Source: an uncultured Chloroflexia bacterium (GTDB lineage: Bacteria > Chloroflexota > Dehalococcoidia > DSTF01 > JALHUB01). From it: a stretch of 64,000 bases of DNA. Positions within the stretch are counted from its first letter, which is position 1, and every line of letters begins with the position of its first letter. The stretch covers positions 64,001 through 128,000 of the forward strand of contig OY969814.1 in NCBI GenBank assembly GCA_963703345.1. Reading direction: 5' to 3'. The notes beneath the pieces are model-generated. The model was not told where the DNA came from and did not search any database. It was given only the letters and a program-made list of their open reading frames with translations. This document shows positions 27,449-37,197 of this stretch, in pieces. The position numbers and the translations under genes were made by a program.

Positions 27449-28420
27449 TCAGCGCATGGCCAGCGCCGCGTCGACGATCTGTTGCTCGCTGGGCAGGGCG
27501 GCCGTCTCCAGCTCGTGGGCGTAGGGCATGGGCACGTCGGCGCCACAGACGCGGGCGACCGGCGCGTCGAGGTAGTCGAAGGCGCGCTCCTGAATGAGGG
27601 CGACGATCTCGCCCGCAAAGCCGCCGAAGCACCAGTCGTCCTCTACGACAATGGCGCGACCGGTCTTCTTGACCGAGTTGACGATGGTGCCAACGTCCAG
27701 GGGGCGCAGAGTGCGCAGGTTGAGCACTTCGGCGTCCATATCCTGCCCGGCCAGCATATCCGCCGCCCGCAACGCCTGGTGAACGCTGCCCGAATAGCCG
27801 ACAAGCGTGACGTCGGCGCCTTCGCGCATCACCTGCGCCTGACCGAAGGGGACGGAGTAGTCCTCCTCCGGCACTTCGCCGCGCAGGCCGTAGATGGCGG
27901 TGTGCTCGACGAAGATGACGGGATTCTCTTCGCGCAGGGCGGTCTTCAGGAGGCCGCGGGCGTCGAAAGGCGTGGAGGGCGTCGCGACCTTGAGGCCCGG
28001 CACGTGGGCGTACCAGCCGGCCAGGTCGTGTGAGTGCTGCGCGCCGAGCTGGCTGCCGCCGCCGCTGGCCATGCGAATGACCAGCGGAACGTTGATCTGG
28101 CCGCCGGACATGTAGTGCAGCTTCGAGGCGTTGTTGATGATCTGGTCGAAGGCGAGGAAGCTGAAGTTGATGGTCATCAGCTCGATGACGGGGCGAACGC
28201 CTCCCATCGCGGCGCCGATGCCGCAGCCGACGACGACCGACTCCGAGATCGGCGTGTCGTAGACGCGCTCCTCGCCGAACTCCTCCAGCAGGCCGCGCGT
28301 AACGCCGTAGGAGCCGCCGTAGGCGCCGATGTCCTCTCCCATGAGCACCATGCGCTCGTGCTGATGCAGCTCTTCTCTTAGCGTCTGTCGAAGGGCTTCC
28401 CGTATTGTCGTCTCAGGCAT
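27449..28420 (-). CDS. pdhB: Pyruvate dehydrogenase E1 beta subunit
   Basis: GEDIG, DTPISE, DQIIN, AQHS, LRTLRPLD, DVPMPY. Confidence 0.93.
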   Translation of the reverse strand: MPETTIREALRQTLREELHQHERMVLMGEDIGAYGGSYGVTRGLLEEFGEERVYDTPISESVVVGCGIGAAMGGVRPVIELMTINFSFLAFDQIINNASKLHYMSGGQINVPLVIRMASGGGSQLGAQHSHDLAGWYAHVPGLKVATPSTPFDARGLLKTALREENPVIFVEHTAIYGLRGEVPEEDYSVPFGQAQVMREGADVTLVGYSGSVHQALRAADMLAGQDMDAEVLNLRTLRPLDVGTIVNSVKKTGRAIVVEDDWCFGGFAGEIVALIQERAFDYLDAPVARVCGADVPMPYAHELETAALPSEQQIVDAALAMR

Positions 28421-28424
28421 CGCC

Positions 28425-29417
28425 CTACTCCTTGTAGACGTTCTCGTATAGTGTCAACGGATCGGGCGGCGGACTCTCTTCGGCGAATTGCGCCGCCTCA
28501 TTGACCACGGCCTCGATCTCATCCTGCAGGCGCTTGATGGCCGCGTCGTCGATCAGGCCCCATTCGCGCAGCCGCTGCTCGAACAGGACGATGGGGTCGC
28601 GGGCGTGCCACTGCTGCACCTCCTCCTTCGTCCGGTAGAACTCGGGGTCGGCCATGGAGTGACCGCGGAATCGGTAGGTAACGGACTCCACGAAGTAGGG
28701 GCCCTTTCCTTCACGCGCGTGCTGGGCGGCCTTCCTAACCACGTCGCGGACGGCGAGCACGTCCATGCCGTCGACTTTCTCGGCCGGGATATTGTAGGCG
28801 CAGGCGCGGCGATAGACTTCGCTTTCGGCGGATACGCGGCTAATTTGGGTGCCCATGCCATAGAAGTTGTTCTCGCAGAAGAACACCACAGGCAGTGACC
28901 AGACAGCGGCCAGGTTGAGCGACTCATGAAACTCGCCCTGGTTCACGGCGCCGTCGCCGAAGACGCAGAGGGCGATGCGGCTGGTCTTCAGGTGCTTGGC
29001 GGCGAAGGCGAGGCCGCAGGCGACCGGCAGGTGGCCGCCGACGATGGCGTAGCCGCCCATGAAGTGACGGGATACGTCGAAGAGGTGCATGGAGCCGCCG
29101 CGACCCTTGCTGACGCCGGTTATGCGTCCGAAGAGCTCCGCCATCACGGCTTTGGGATCGAGGCCGCGGGCGAGGGCCTGGCCGTGGTCGCGGTAGTGGC
29201 TGACCACGTAGTCGTCAGAAGCGACGGCGGCGATGGCGCCGACACCGGTCGCCTCCTGGCCGATGTAGAGATGCAGAAAGCCGGCGATACGGCCGCGGGC
29301 GTACATCTCCGCCGATTTCTCCTCGAAGCGACGGATGAGCATCATCTGGCGGAGCAGCTCGACGAGCTGTTCCGGCGAGCCGGCCTGCTCTCGCGTTAGC
29401 GCTTTCGCTGTTGTCAT
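28425..29417 (-). CDS. pdhA: Pyruvate dehydrogenase E1 alpha subunit
   Basis: GFLHLYIGQEA, GGSMH, TPP motif GDGA...ENN, YRFRGHSMADP. Confidence 0.95.
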   Translation of the reverse strand: MTTAKALTREQAGSPEQLVELLRQMMLIRRFEEKSAEMYARGRIAGFLHLYIGQEATGVGAIAAVASDDYVVSHYRDHGQALARGLDPKAVMAELFGRITGVSKGRGGSMHLFDVSRHFMGGYAIVGGHLPVACGLAFAAKHLKTSRIALCVFGDGAVNQGEFHESLNLAAVWSLPVVFFCENNFYGMGTQISRVSAESEVYRRACAYNIPAEKVDGMDVLAVRDVVRKAAQHAREGKGPYFVESVTYRFRGHSMADPEFYRTKEEVQQWHARDPIVLFEQRLREWGLIDDAAIKRLQDEIEAVVNEAAQFAEESPPPDPLTLYENVYKE

Positions 29418-30826
29418 GTCGTTTCCCCCCTCGAGGGTTCCGACCAGAAGTGGATGGCCTTGCCCCCGGCCGCAAGCGCGGCCTCTTTCACCGCCTCGGA
29501 AAAGGTTGGATGCGCGTGCACCGTCCGCGTCACATCGTCGAGAGTACTCTCCATGGCCAGCGCGAGCGCCGCTTCGGCGATGAGGTCGGTCGCGTCAGCG
29601 CCGATGATGTGGACGCCGAGCAGCTCGCCGTAGTCGGCCTCGGCCACCACCTTGACGAAGCCTTCAACGTCAGCAGCGGCCGTCGCCTTGCCGTTGGCGC
29701 GAAACGGGAAGCGGCCCGTCTTCACCTGATAGCCGCGTTCGCGCGCCTGGGCTTCCGTCAGGCCGCAGGCCGCGACCTGCGGCCGGCAGTAGGTGCAGCG
29801 CGGCATCTTGACGTAGTCGGGCTTCGCGGGCTCCAGGCCGGCGATGCCCTCGACGGCGATGACGCCCTGGTCGGAGGCGACGTGGGCCAGCATGAGCTTA
29901 CCGGTGACGTCGCCGATAGCGTAGACGCCGGGAACGTTCGTCTTCATGCGGTCGTCGACCTGGATGAAGCCGCGCTCGGTCGCCACGCCCAGCGCTTCGG
30001 TTCCAATACCTTCGCTCTTGCCGCCGAAGCCGATGGCGATGAGCGCTTTGTCGGCGGTCACTTCCTTCTCGCCGCCGTCGACGGTCACGGAGAGACGCGC
30101 CCGTCCACTTTCTACGCGCAGCTCTTTCACTGTCGCGCGCGTCATGAAATCGATGCGCTGCTGCTTGAAGGACCGCTCGAGCTGGCGGGAGACGTCCTCA
30201 TCTTCCAGCGGCAGCAGGTGGTCGAGCAGCTCGACGATAGTGACGTGGGCGCCGTAACTGGCGTAGAGATAGGCGAACTCGACGCCGATGGGCCCGCCGC
30301 CGACAATGGCGATGCTCTCCGGCACCTGCCGCAGTTCCAGCGCTTCGCGGCTCGTCATCATCGTCGAACCGTCGATTGCCACGCCTGGAAGCGTCCGCGC
30401 GAAGCCGCCGCTGGCGATGATGACGTTTTTCGCCTGCACGAGGTCGCCGGACGGCTCGACGGCAACTTCGCTTGCGCTCTTGAGAGAGCCCGCGCCCTTG
30501 ATGACGTCCACCTTGTTCTTCTGGAGCAGGAACTCAACGCCGCTGACCATGCGGTCGACGACCTGGCGGCTGCGGTCGACAGCGGCGGCGAAGTCGAAGC
30601 GCGGGTTATCGCAGGCGATGCCGAACTCCTGCGAGCGCTGGATGAGGCTGACGAGCTCGGCGTTAGTGAGGAGCGCTTTGGAGGGAATGCAGCCCCAGTT
30701 GAGGCAGACACCGCCGACCCGGTCTTTTTCGATTAGGGCGGTCTTGAGGCCTAGCTGGGCGGCGCGAATCGCAGCGACATAGCCGCCGGGCCCGCCGCCG
30801 ATGATCGCTACGTCGTACTCCGCCAT
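29414..30826 (-). CDS. lpdA: Dihydrolipoyl dehydrogenase (E3)
   Basis: GGGPGGY, GGVCLNWGCIPSK, GGGPIG, HAHPTFSE. Confidence 0.96.
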   Translation of the reverse strand: MAEYDVAIIGGGPGGYVAAIRAAQLGLKTALIEKDRVGGVCLNWGCIPSKALLTNAELVSLIQRSQEFGIACDNPRFDFAAAVDRSRQVVDRMVSGVEFLLQKNKVDVIKGAGSLKSASEVAVEPSGDLVQAKNVIIASGGFARTLPGVAIDGSTMMTSREALELRQVPESIAIVGGGPIGVEFAYLYASYGAHVTIVELLDHLLPLEDEDVSRQLERSFKQQRIDFMTRATVKELRVESGRARLSVTVDGGEKEVTADKALIAIGFGGKSEGIGTEALGVATERGFIQVDDRMKTNVPGVYAIGDVTGKLMLAHVASDQGVIAVEGIAGLEPAKPDYVKMPRCTYCRPQVAACGLTEAQARERGYQVKTGRFPFRANGKATAAADVEGFVKVVAEADYGELLGVHIIGADATDLIAEAALALAMESTLDDVTRTVHAHPTFSEAVKEAALAAGGKAIHFWSEPSRGETT

Positions 30827-30895
30827 GAAGGTCCTCCCCGGGGTGCTTGACCAGGGACACTGAGAGTCGAGGGAAAAACACTCGGCTCCGCTGCT

Positions 30896-30947
30896 CTGCA
30901 ATTGCAGGCCTCATTTCCATTGAACCATCGGCCGATCGGGTTGTCAA
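30896..30947 (-). promoter_or_regulatory. sigma70 promoter of the lpdA-pdh operon plus downstream 12-bp palindrome
   Basis: TTGACA-N17-TTCAAT (30947-30919); CTGCAATTGCAG at 30896-30907. Confidence 0.55.
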
Positions 30948-31103
30948 CGCGAAATATCGTGTCGTGAGCGACGGTGCTGCTAGTGGCGCTGCCGCTTCTG
31001 CAAAGCAACGTCCACTTTCCCACCCGCCCGCCCGCGCCTTCCTGGAATCGGAAGATTCCCCGATCCGTCCGACAAGCAAGAGAGGGGCCTCGTTCCGACG
31101 GCT

Positions 31104-31430
31104 TCAGGGCTTGATCATGATGAGCAACATCTTGAAGCGGGACGGCGCTTTGAGGGCATGCGGCTCGTTGGCCGGCATCACAATCATGTCGCCCGCATGC
31201 AGTCGTGAGGGGTTGCCGGAGATCGCGACCTCCGCCTCGCCGTCGAGGACGTAGACGAGGGCGTCGAAGGGCGAGGTGTGCTCCGTCAGCCCTTCGCCCG
31301 CGTCGAAGGCGAAGAGGGTCACGTTACCGCCGCCGGCCTTCATTAGCTGGCGGCTCACAACCGAGCCCTCCTGGTAGTCGATGAGATCCGTCATTCGACT
31401 GACATCCGGGCCGCGGTCCTGTTCTGTCAC
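31104..31430 (-). CDS. Cupin domain protein
   Basis: GSVVSR, TLFAFDAGEGLTEHTSPFDA, MPANEPHAL; GTG after AAGGAG. Confidence 0.9.
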   Translation of the reverse strand: MTEQDRGPDVSRMTDLIDYQEGSVVSRQLMKAGGGNVTLFAFDAGEGLTEHTSPFDALVYVLDGEAEVAISGNPSRLHAGDMIVMPANEPHALKAPSRFKMLLIMIKP

Positions 31431-31446
31431 GTCTCGCTCCTTCCGC

Positions 31447-32673
<1,227 letters not shown>

Positions 32674-32914
32674 CTCAAAAGTCCCTTTCGGACCCGCGTG
32701 GTCGGAGCGCCATCTTGCCGCCCGCGCAGTGGCGCGCGGCACAGCCGGAGATGGCCCCGCTCAAAATGAGATGCTACGCGCGCGACATGAAGAGCGCGTG
32801 AAGCGGGCGACTGCAGCCGTGAAGAAGACGTGATCCGCAGCGGGCTTCCAGGAGACGATGCGGGCTGCTATGCTTCAGTCGCCAGAGGAATTTCGATGCG
32901 CGGAGGTAGGACGC

Positions 32915-33745
32915 ATGCAAAGCGAAGGCACGTTCAAAGGCACCGGCGATATCGACCTATTCCGCCAGTGCTGGAAGCCTGACGGCAAGCCGAAGGCTGC
33001 GGTGGCAATCGTCCACGGCTTTCGCGAGCACAGCGGCCGCTATGCCCCCATGGCCGAGCACCTGACATCGCACGGGTACGCCGTCTACAGCTTCGACAAT
33101 CGCGGCCACGGGCGCTCTCCCGGGCAGCGCGGCCACATCAACGCCTGGGAGGAGTACCGCGGCGACACGGAGGCGTTCCTGGCGCTAATCCGCCGCGAGG
33201 CGCCTGATCTGCCGCTGTTCCTTCTCGGGCACAGCATGGGGGCGCTTATTGCCCTGGACTTCCTCCTGTTCCATCCGGAGAGCCTTCGCGGGGCGATTAT
33301 CAGCGGCGCGCCGCTGGAACCCATCGACGCCACAAAGCCGGTCCAGTTGGTCGTGGCGCGGGTGCTATCACGCATCCGGCCGAGGCTATCGATGACGTCG
33401 AAGTTCGGCGGCGAGGCGGTCTCCCGCGACCCGGCGGTGGTGCGAGCCTACGACACAGACCCGCTGGTTCACAATCAATCGAGCGTGCGCTGGGGGATGG
33501 AGTTCCTGGCCACCATCGACCGCGTGAAGTCGCGCGCGGCGGGGGTAAAGCTGCCGGTTCTGATGCTGCACGGCGGCGACGACCCAATCGTGTCGCCTCA
33601 TGGGTCGCGGCGCTTCTTCGAGCAGATAAGCTCGGCGGACAAGGAGCTGAAGGTCTATCCGGAGCGCTTCCACGAGCCGCACAACGATATCGGGCGGGAG
33701 CAGGTGCTATCGGACATCGCGAGCTGGCTCGACGGGCATCTGTGA
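32915..33745 (+). CDS. Lysophospholipase / monoacylglycerol lipase (alpha/beta hydrolase)
   Basis: HGFREHSGRY, DNRGHGRS, GHSMG, HGGDD, HE. Confidence 0.9.
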   Translation: MQSEGTFKGTGDIDLFRQCWKPDGKPKAAVAIVHGFREHSGRYAPMAEHLTSHGYAVYSFDNRGHGRSPGQRGHINAWEEYRGDTEAFLALIRREAPDLPLFLLGHSMGALIALDFLLFHPESLRGAIISGAPLEPIDATKPVQLVVARVLSRIRPRLSMTSKFGGEAVSRDPAVVRAYDTDPLVHNQSSVRWGMEFLATIDRVKSRAAGVKLPVLMLHGGDDPIVSPHGSRRFFEQISSADKELKVYPERFHEPHNDIGREQVLSDIASWLDGHL

Positions 33746-33767
33746 ATCGATGCAGCGGAAGCGGCCG

Positions 33768-34553
33768 TCACAGGCCGTTGGAAGAGGTCGTTCCTATTGC
33801 GACGAGCGAGATGTCGCCAAATAGCTCCTCTTGCTGCCCCCAGACGCGACCCGCCTTGATCAGCTCCAGCACGGCCAGAAAGGAGACGATGACTTCGACG
33901 CGGGAACGGCAGGCCAGCACCAACCGCCGGAAGCTCACCTGGCCGGTCTCGTGCAGTGCCGTCTCTATCTCCCGCACCTTCTCCTTCACCGAGACAATGT
34001 CGCGGGGGATGGCGGCGACGGGCTCGGAGGGCTGACGGGTCATGGCGTCGCGGAAGAGCGCCATTAGCTTGTCGAGCGTCACTTTGTCGAGGCCGGAGGG
34101 AAGCGGAACGTCCGGCGGCGGCGCGTTGCGTCGGTAGGCGCGCAGCCCTTCGTCTTCGATCTCGCGCAGCGCCAGCGCGACGTCCTTGAAGCGCTTGTAC
34201 TCCCTCAGCATCTCCGTCAGCTCACGACCGACGGCCTCCTCCTCCGCTTGCTCCGCCTCAGTCGGCGGACGCGGCAGGAGGGCGCGCGACTTGAGGTAGA
34301 TGAGCTTGGCGCCGATGGAGACGAAATCGGAAAGGGCGTCGAGGTTGATCTGCTCCCAGGAGTGTAGTTGCGCCAGGTACTGGTCGGTGACCTGGACGAG
34401 AGAGATGGTTGTTATGTCAAGCTCGTCCTTCTCGATCAGATGGAGGAGGAGATCGAGAGGGCCTTCGAAGTAGGGCAGCTTGAGCTCATACATGGCGGTG
34501 AGGGCCCCGGGCGATTCCGCACGCGAGGCCCCCATTCTCCTGGATTGCTCCAT
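33768..34553 (-). CDS. scpA: Segregation/condensation protein A (kleisin)
   Basis: FEGPLDLLLHLI, VTDQY, KSRALLP, FLAVLELIK, QEELFGDI; start could be 34535 or 34493. Confidence 0.92.
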   Translation of the reverse strand: MEQSRRMGASRAESPGALTAMYELKLPYFEGPLDLLLHLIEKDELDITTISLVQVTDQYLAQLHSWEQINLDALSDFVSIGAKLIYLKSRALLPRPPTEAEQAEEEAVGRELTEMLREYKRFKDVALALREIEDEGLRAYRRNAPPPDVPLPSGLDKVTLDKLMALFRDAMTRQPSEPVAAIPRDIVSVKEKVREIETALHETGQVSFRRLVLACRSRVEVIVSFLAVLELIKAGRVWGQQEELFGDISLVAIGTTSSNGL

Positions 34554-35575
34554 TAGACGCGAGCAAGCGGCCGCCGCACCGCCTCGCTCAACGCCCGCAC
34601 GCCGTCCATCAAATGGGCGAAGTTGGCGAACGTCAGGCTCTGGGCGCCGTCGGAGAGGGCGCGGTCCGGATCGGGGTGGATCTCGATCATCAGGCCGTCC
34701 GCGCCGGCGGCGACCGACGCCAGGGACATCGGCTCCACCAGATACCAGCGACCCGTCCCGTGGCTCGGGTCGGCGATGACCGGCAGGTGGCTGAGTCGCT
34801 TCGCCAGCGGTATCGCGGCGACGTCGAGGGTGAACCGCGTGCCGGTCTCGAAGGTGCGGATCCCGCGTTCGCAAAGGATCACCTGCTGGTTGCCGCGCGC
34901 GAGGACGTACTCGGCGCAGAGCAGCCACTCCTCGACGGAGCAGGCCATGCCGCGCTTCAGCAGAACCGGCTTGTCGCAGTTGCCCACCTCGTCGAGAAGG
35001 TAGTAGTTCTGGGCGTTGCGGGTGCCGATCTGAAGGAGGTCGACGTGCTCGGCGACGATCTCGACGTCGCGGGGGTCCATGACTTCGCTGACCGTCGGCA
35101 AGCCGACCGCCGCGCCGGCTTCGGCCAGGATGCGCAGCCCTTCGTCGACGAGGCCGCGGAAGGCATGCGGGCTGCTGCGCGGCTTGAAAGCGCCGCCGCG
35201 AAGGAGGTGCCCGCCGGCCGCTTTCACCGCCCGCGCCGTCTCCAGCATCTGCTCCGGCGTATCGACCGAGCACTGGCCGGCGATGACGACGGTTGAGCCG
35301 CCGCCTATTTCGACGTTGCCGACTTTCACGATGGTGTCGTTCGGCTTCAGCTCGCGGCTTGCCAGCTTGTACGGCTTGGAGATGGGAACGGTCTCGTCGA
35401 CGCCGGGGAAGGCACGCAGCTCGTCCGCCAACTCCGGGTAGATGTGACCGATAACGCCGATAACGGTCCGCTCGACGCCTACACTCGTATGGGCGGAAAG
35501 TCCCCCCTCCTGCAGGTGGTCGAGCACCGCCCGCAGTTCCTCTTGGCTATGCTCTTTTTTCATTACGACCATCAT
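34553..35575 (-). CDS. aroF: DAHP synthase (type I-beta, N-terminal regulatory domain)
   Basis: KPYKLASR, IAGQCSV, RGGAFKPRSSP, LLKRG, CERGIRTFE, DPSHGTG. Confidence 0.95.
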   Translation of the reverse strand: MMVVMKKEHSQEELRAVLDHLQEGGLSAHTSVGVERTVIGVIGHIYPELADELRAFPGVDETVPISKPYKLASRELKPNDTIVKVGNVEIGGGSTVVIAGQCSVDTPEQMLETARAVKAAGGHLLRGGAFKPRSSPHAFRGLVDEGLRILAEAGAAVGLPTVSEVMDPRDVEIVAEHVDLLQIGTRNAQNYYLLDEVGNCDKPVLLKRGMACSVEEWLLCAEYVLARGNQQVILCERGIRTFETGTRFTLDVAAIPLAKRLSHLPVIADPSHGTGRWYLVEPMSLASVAAGADGLMIEIHPDPDRALSDGAQSLTFANFAHLMDGVRALSEAVRRPLARV

Positions 35576-35594
35576 TACTTCTTTGCTCCCTGCC

Positions 35595-35969
35595 TCATCC
35601 TTGCGGATTGTACTCTCTGTCGGGCCGGAGAACGCGGGCGCCTTTGAGATATATGTGGACGATCTCGTCGGCGCGCTTCTCCGTGTTGATGAGGAGGAGG
35701 ATGCGCAGGCACCGTTCGAGACTGCCTGGTACTGCGACTTCGTTGGCGCAGATTAGCGGCGCATCCTTCCAGCCCATCTCGCGGGCGGCCCTGGCGGGGA
35801 ACTCGGCGTCGAGGTCGCTTGTGGTGGTGAAGAGCGCTGCCGCGACGTCTTCGGGGTGAACGTCGTTCGCTGCGACCATCTCTTCGAGGAGCTCACGGCC
35901 GGCTGCCAGGATGTCGTGCGTGGTGTTGCTATCTACGGTGATAGCGCCTCGGATACCTCTGCAGAGCAC
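35595..35969 (-). CDS. aroH: Chorismate mutase, AroH class
   Basis: CRGIRGAITV, FTTTSDLDAEFPA, VPGSLERCLR, HIYLKGARVLRPD. Confidence 0.93.
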   Translation of the reverse strand: MLCRGIRGAITVDSNTTHDILAAGRELLEEMVAANDVHPEDVAAALFTTTSDLDAEFPARAAREMGWKDAPLICANEVAVPGSLERCLRILLLINTEKRADEIVHIYLKGARVLRPDREYNPQG

Positions 35970-36270
35970 GCGGCTACCAGCTCTCGAACACGCCGGCTGT
36001 TCCCGTTCAAGGGGGCCCTGCGTGAAGCGGACCAAACAGGCCGGCCAGGAAGGCATACGGGCGGCTACGACGGCGAGCGCGGCCTTCCGCCTCAACGCGG
36101 TTCGTCGTAGCCTTTGACCTTGTTCCTCCCATGGCCGGTGAGCACCTCGTGGTATGGTTTTGCGCTCTTCGCCTGATTATCGGATTGCCTCTCCGCGATC
36201 CGGAGCATTCCGCCACACGCAGACAGCAACGCCTGACGGCAGCGGAAGCCGTCACGATGGTGCTATCCTA
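35970..36270 (-). promoter_or_regulatory. Long structured 5' leader of aroH-aroF with a 41-codon uORF
   Basis: TG-TAGGAT -10 at 36265-36270; several perfect stems; uORF 36132-36007. Confidence 0.4.
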
Positions 36271-36319
36271 CCACAACTTCACCCGCCTGCACAGCCCCCG
36301 CGAGATCGGCTCGAGAAGC

Positions 36320-37081
36320 CTAACGGTTGGCGAGGGTGGCGATGAAGCTGATGAGGTTGAAGATGAAGTGGGCGGATATCGTCGTCCACAGGGAGCCGGT
36401 ATAGGCGTAGCCAGCGGCGAAGAGCATTCCGACGAGCGTGAATGGAATGAGCGTCGTCGGCTGACCGTGAGCGAGGGAGAAGAGGAAGCCGCTGATCAGC
36501 GCCGCCGTGAAGAAGCTGAAGCGCCTGGACAAGCCGCCGAAGAGAAAACCGCGGAAGAACGTCTCTTCGACCAGCGGCGCCATCAGCAGCGCCAGGACGC
36601 CGGCCAGTACGACGAAGGTCGTCTGATCGAGGATGTCCTGGTTCAGATTGCTCTTCGGCAGGAAGTTGCTGCCGCCGATAGCCTGGGCGACGACGGCGTA
36701 GACTTCAACACTCAGGAACGCGCCGACGACGACGGCCAGCGGCACCCAGGCCAGGTTGAGCGGAAGCGGTCGAAAGCCAATGGAGCGCAGGTTTGCCCGC
36801 TTGCCGCCAACGGTCAGCGCCAGCGCGATGACGAGCAGCGTCAGCTCGAACGGCAGGCTGGCGGCCAGGGCCACCTGCTGCGCGTGCTTCGAATCAGTGA
36901 CGTCGATGCCCAGGATGGCGGCAACAACGACGGCGATCGTCGGTATGAAGAGAACGGCCGCGGCACCCAGCGCGAGGCCGATGAGGACTTCTCGCGGCCC
37001 CCAGACCACTTCCGAACGCCAATCGTCCAGCGACAGTTGCTGACGCTCCGGCTGCGGCTGCGGCTCCAGGTCGCTTGTCAT
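36320..37081 (-). CDS. CPBP family intramembrane glutamic endopeptidase (CAAX protease-like)
   Basis: APLVEETFFRG, FSLAH, AHFIFN. Confidence 0.92.
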   Translation of the reverse strand: MTSDLEPQPQPERQQLSLDDWRSEVVWGPREVLIGLALGAAAVLFIPTIAVVVAAILGIDVTDSKHAQQVALAASLPFELTLLVIALALTVGGKRANLRSIGFRPLPLNLAWVPLAVVVGAFLSVEVYAVVAQAIGGSNFLPKSNLNQDILDQTTFVVLAGVLALLMAPLVEETFFRGFLFGGLSRRFSFFTAALISGFLFSLAHGQPTTLIPFTLVGMLFAAGYAYTGSLWTTISAHFIFNLISFIATLANR

Positions 37082-37197
37082 CGACGACAGTCCTCTTCAA
37101 GAAAGGGCGCCCTCAGGGGCGATGTCTCATTATCGGCGACGAACGGGCGCGGGAGCAATGATGGACGCGCGCAATACCGGGCGCTGACGCACTTTCG

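Noticed and set aside
33768-35273. 501-aa ORF suggesting a long N-terminal extension or fusion on ScpA
   Set aside because: The upstream part is an alternate frame of aroF with Arg/Pro-rich nonsense composition; the real start is at or after 34553.
36060-36115. T-box or SRP RNA in the aroH leader (GAACCGCG...CGGAAGG)
   Set aside because: Lacks the T-box GGTGG bulge and the SRP CAGG/AGCAG symmetric loop.
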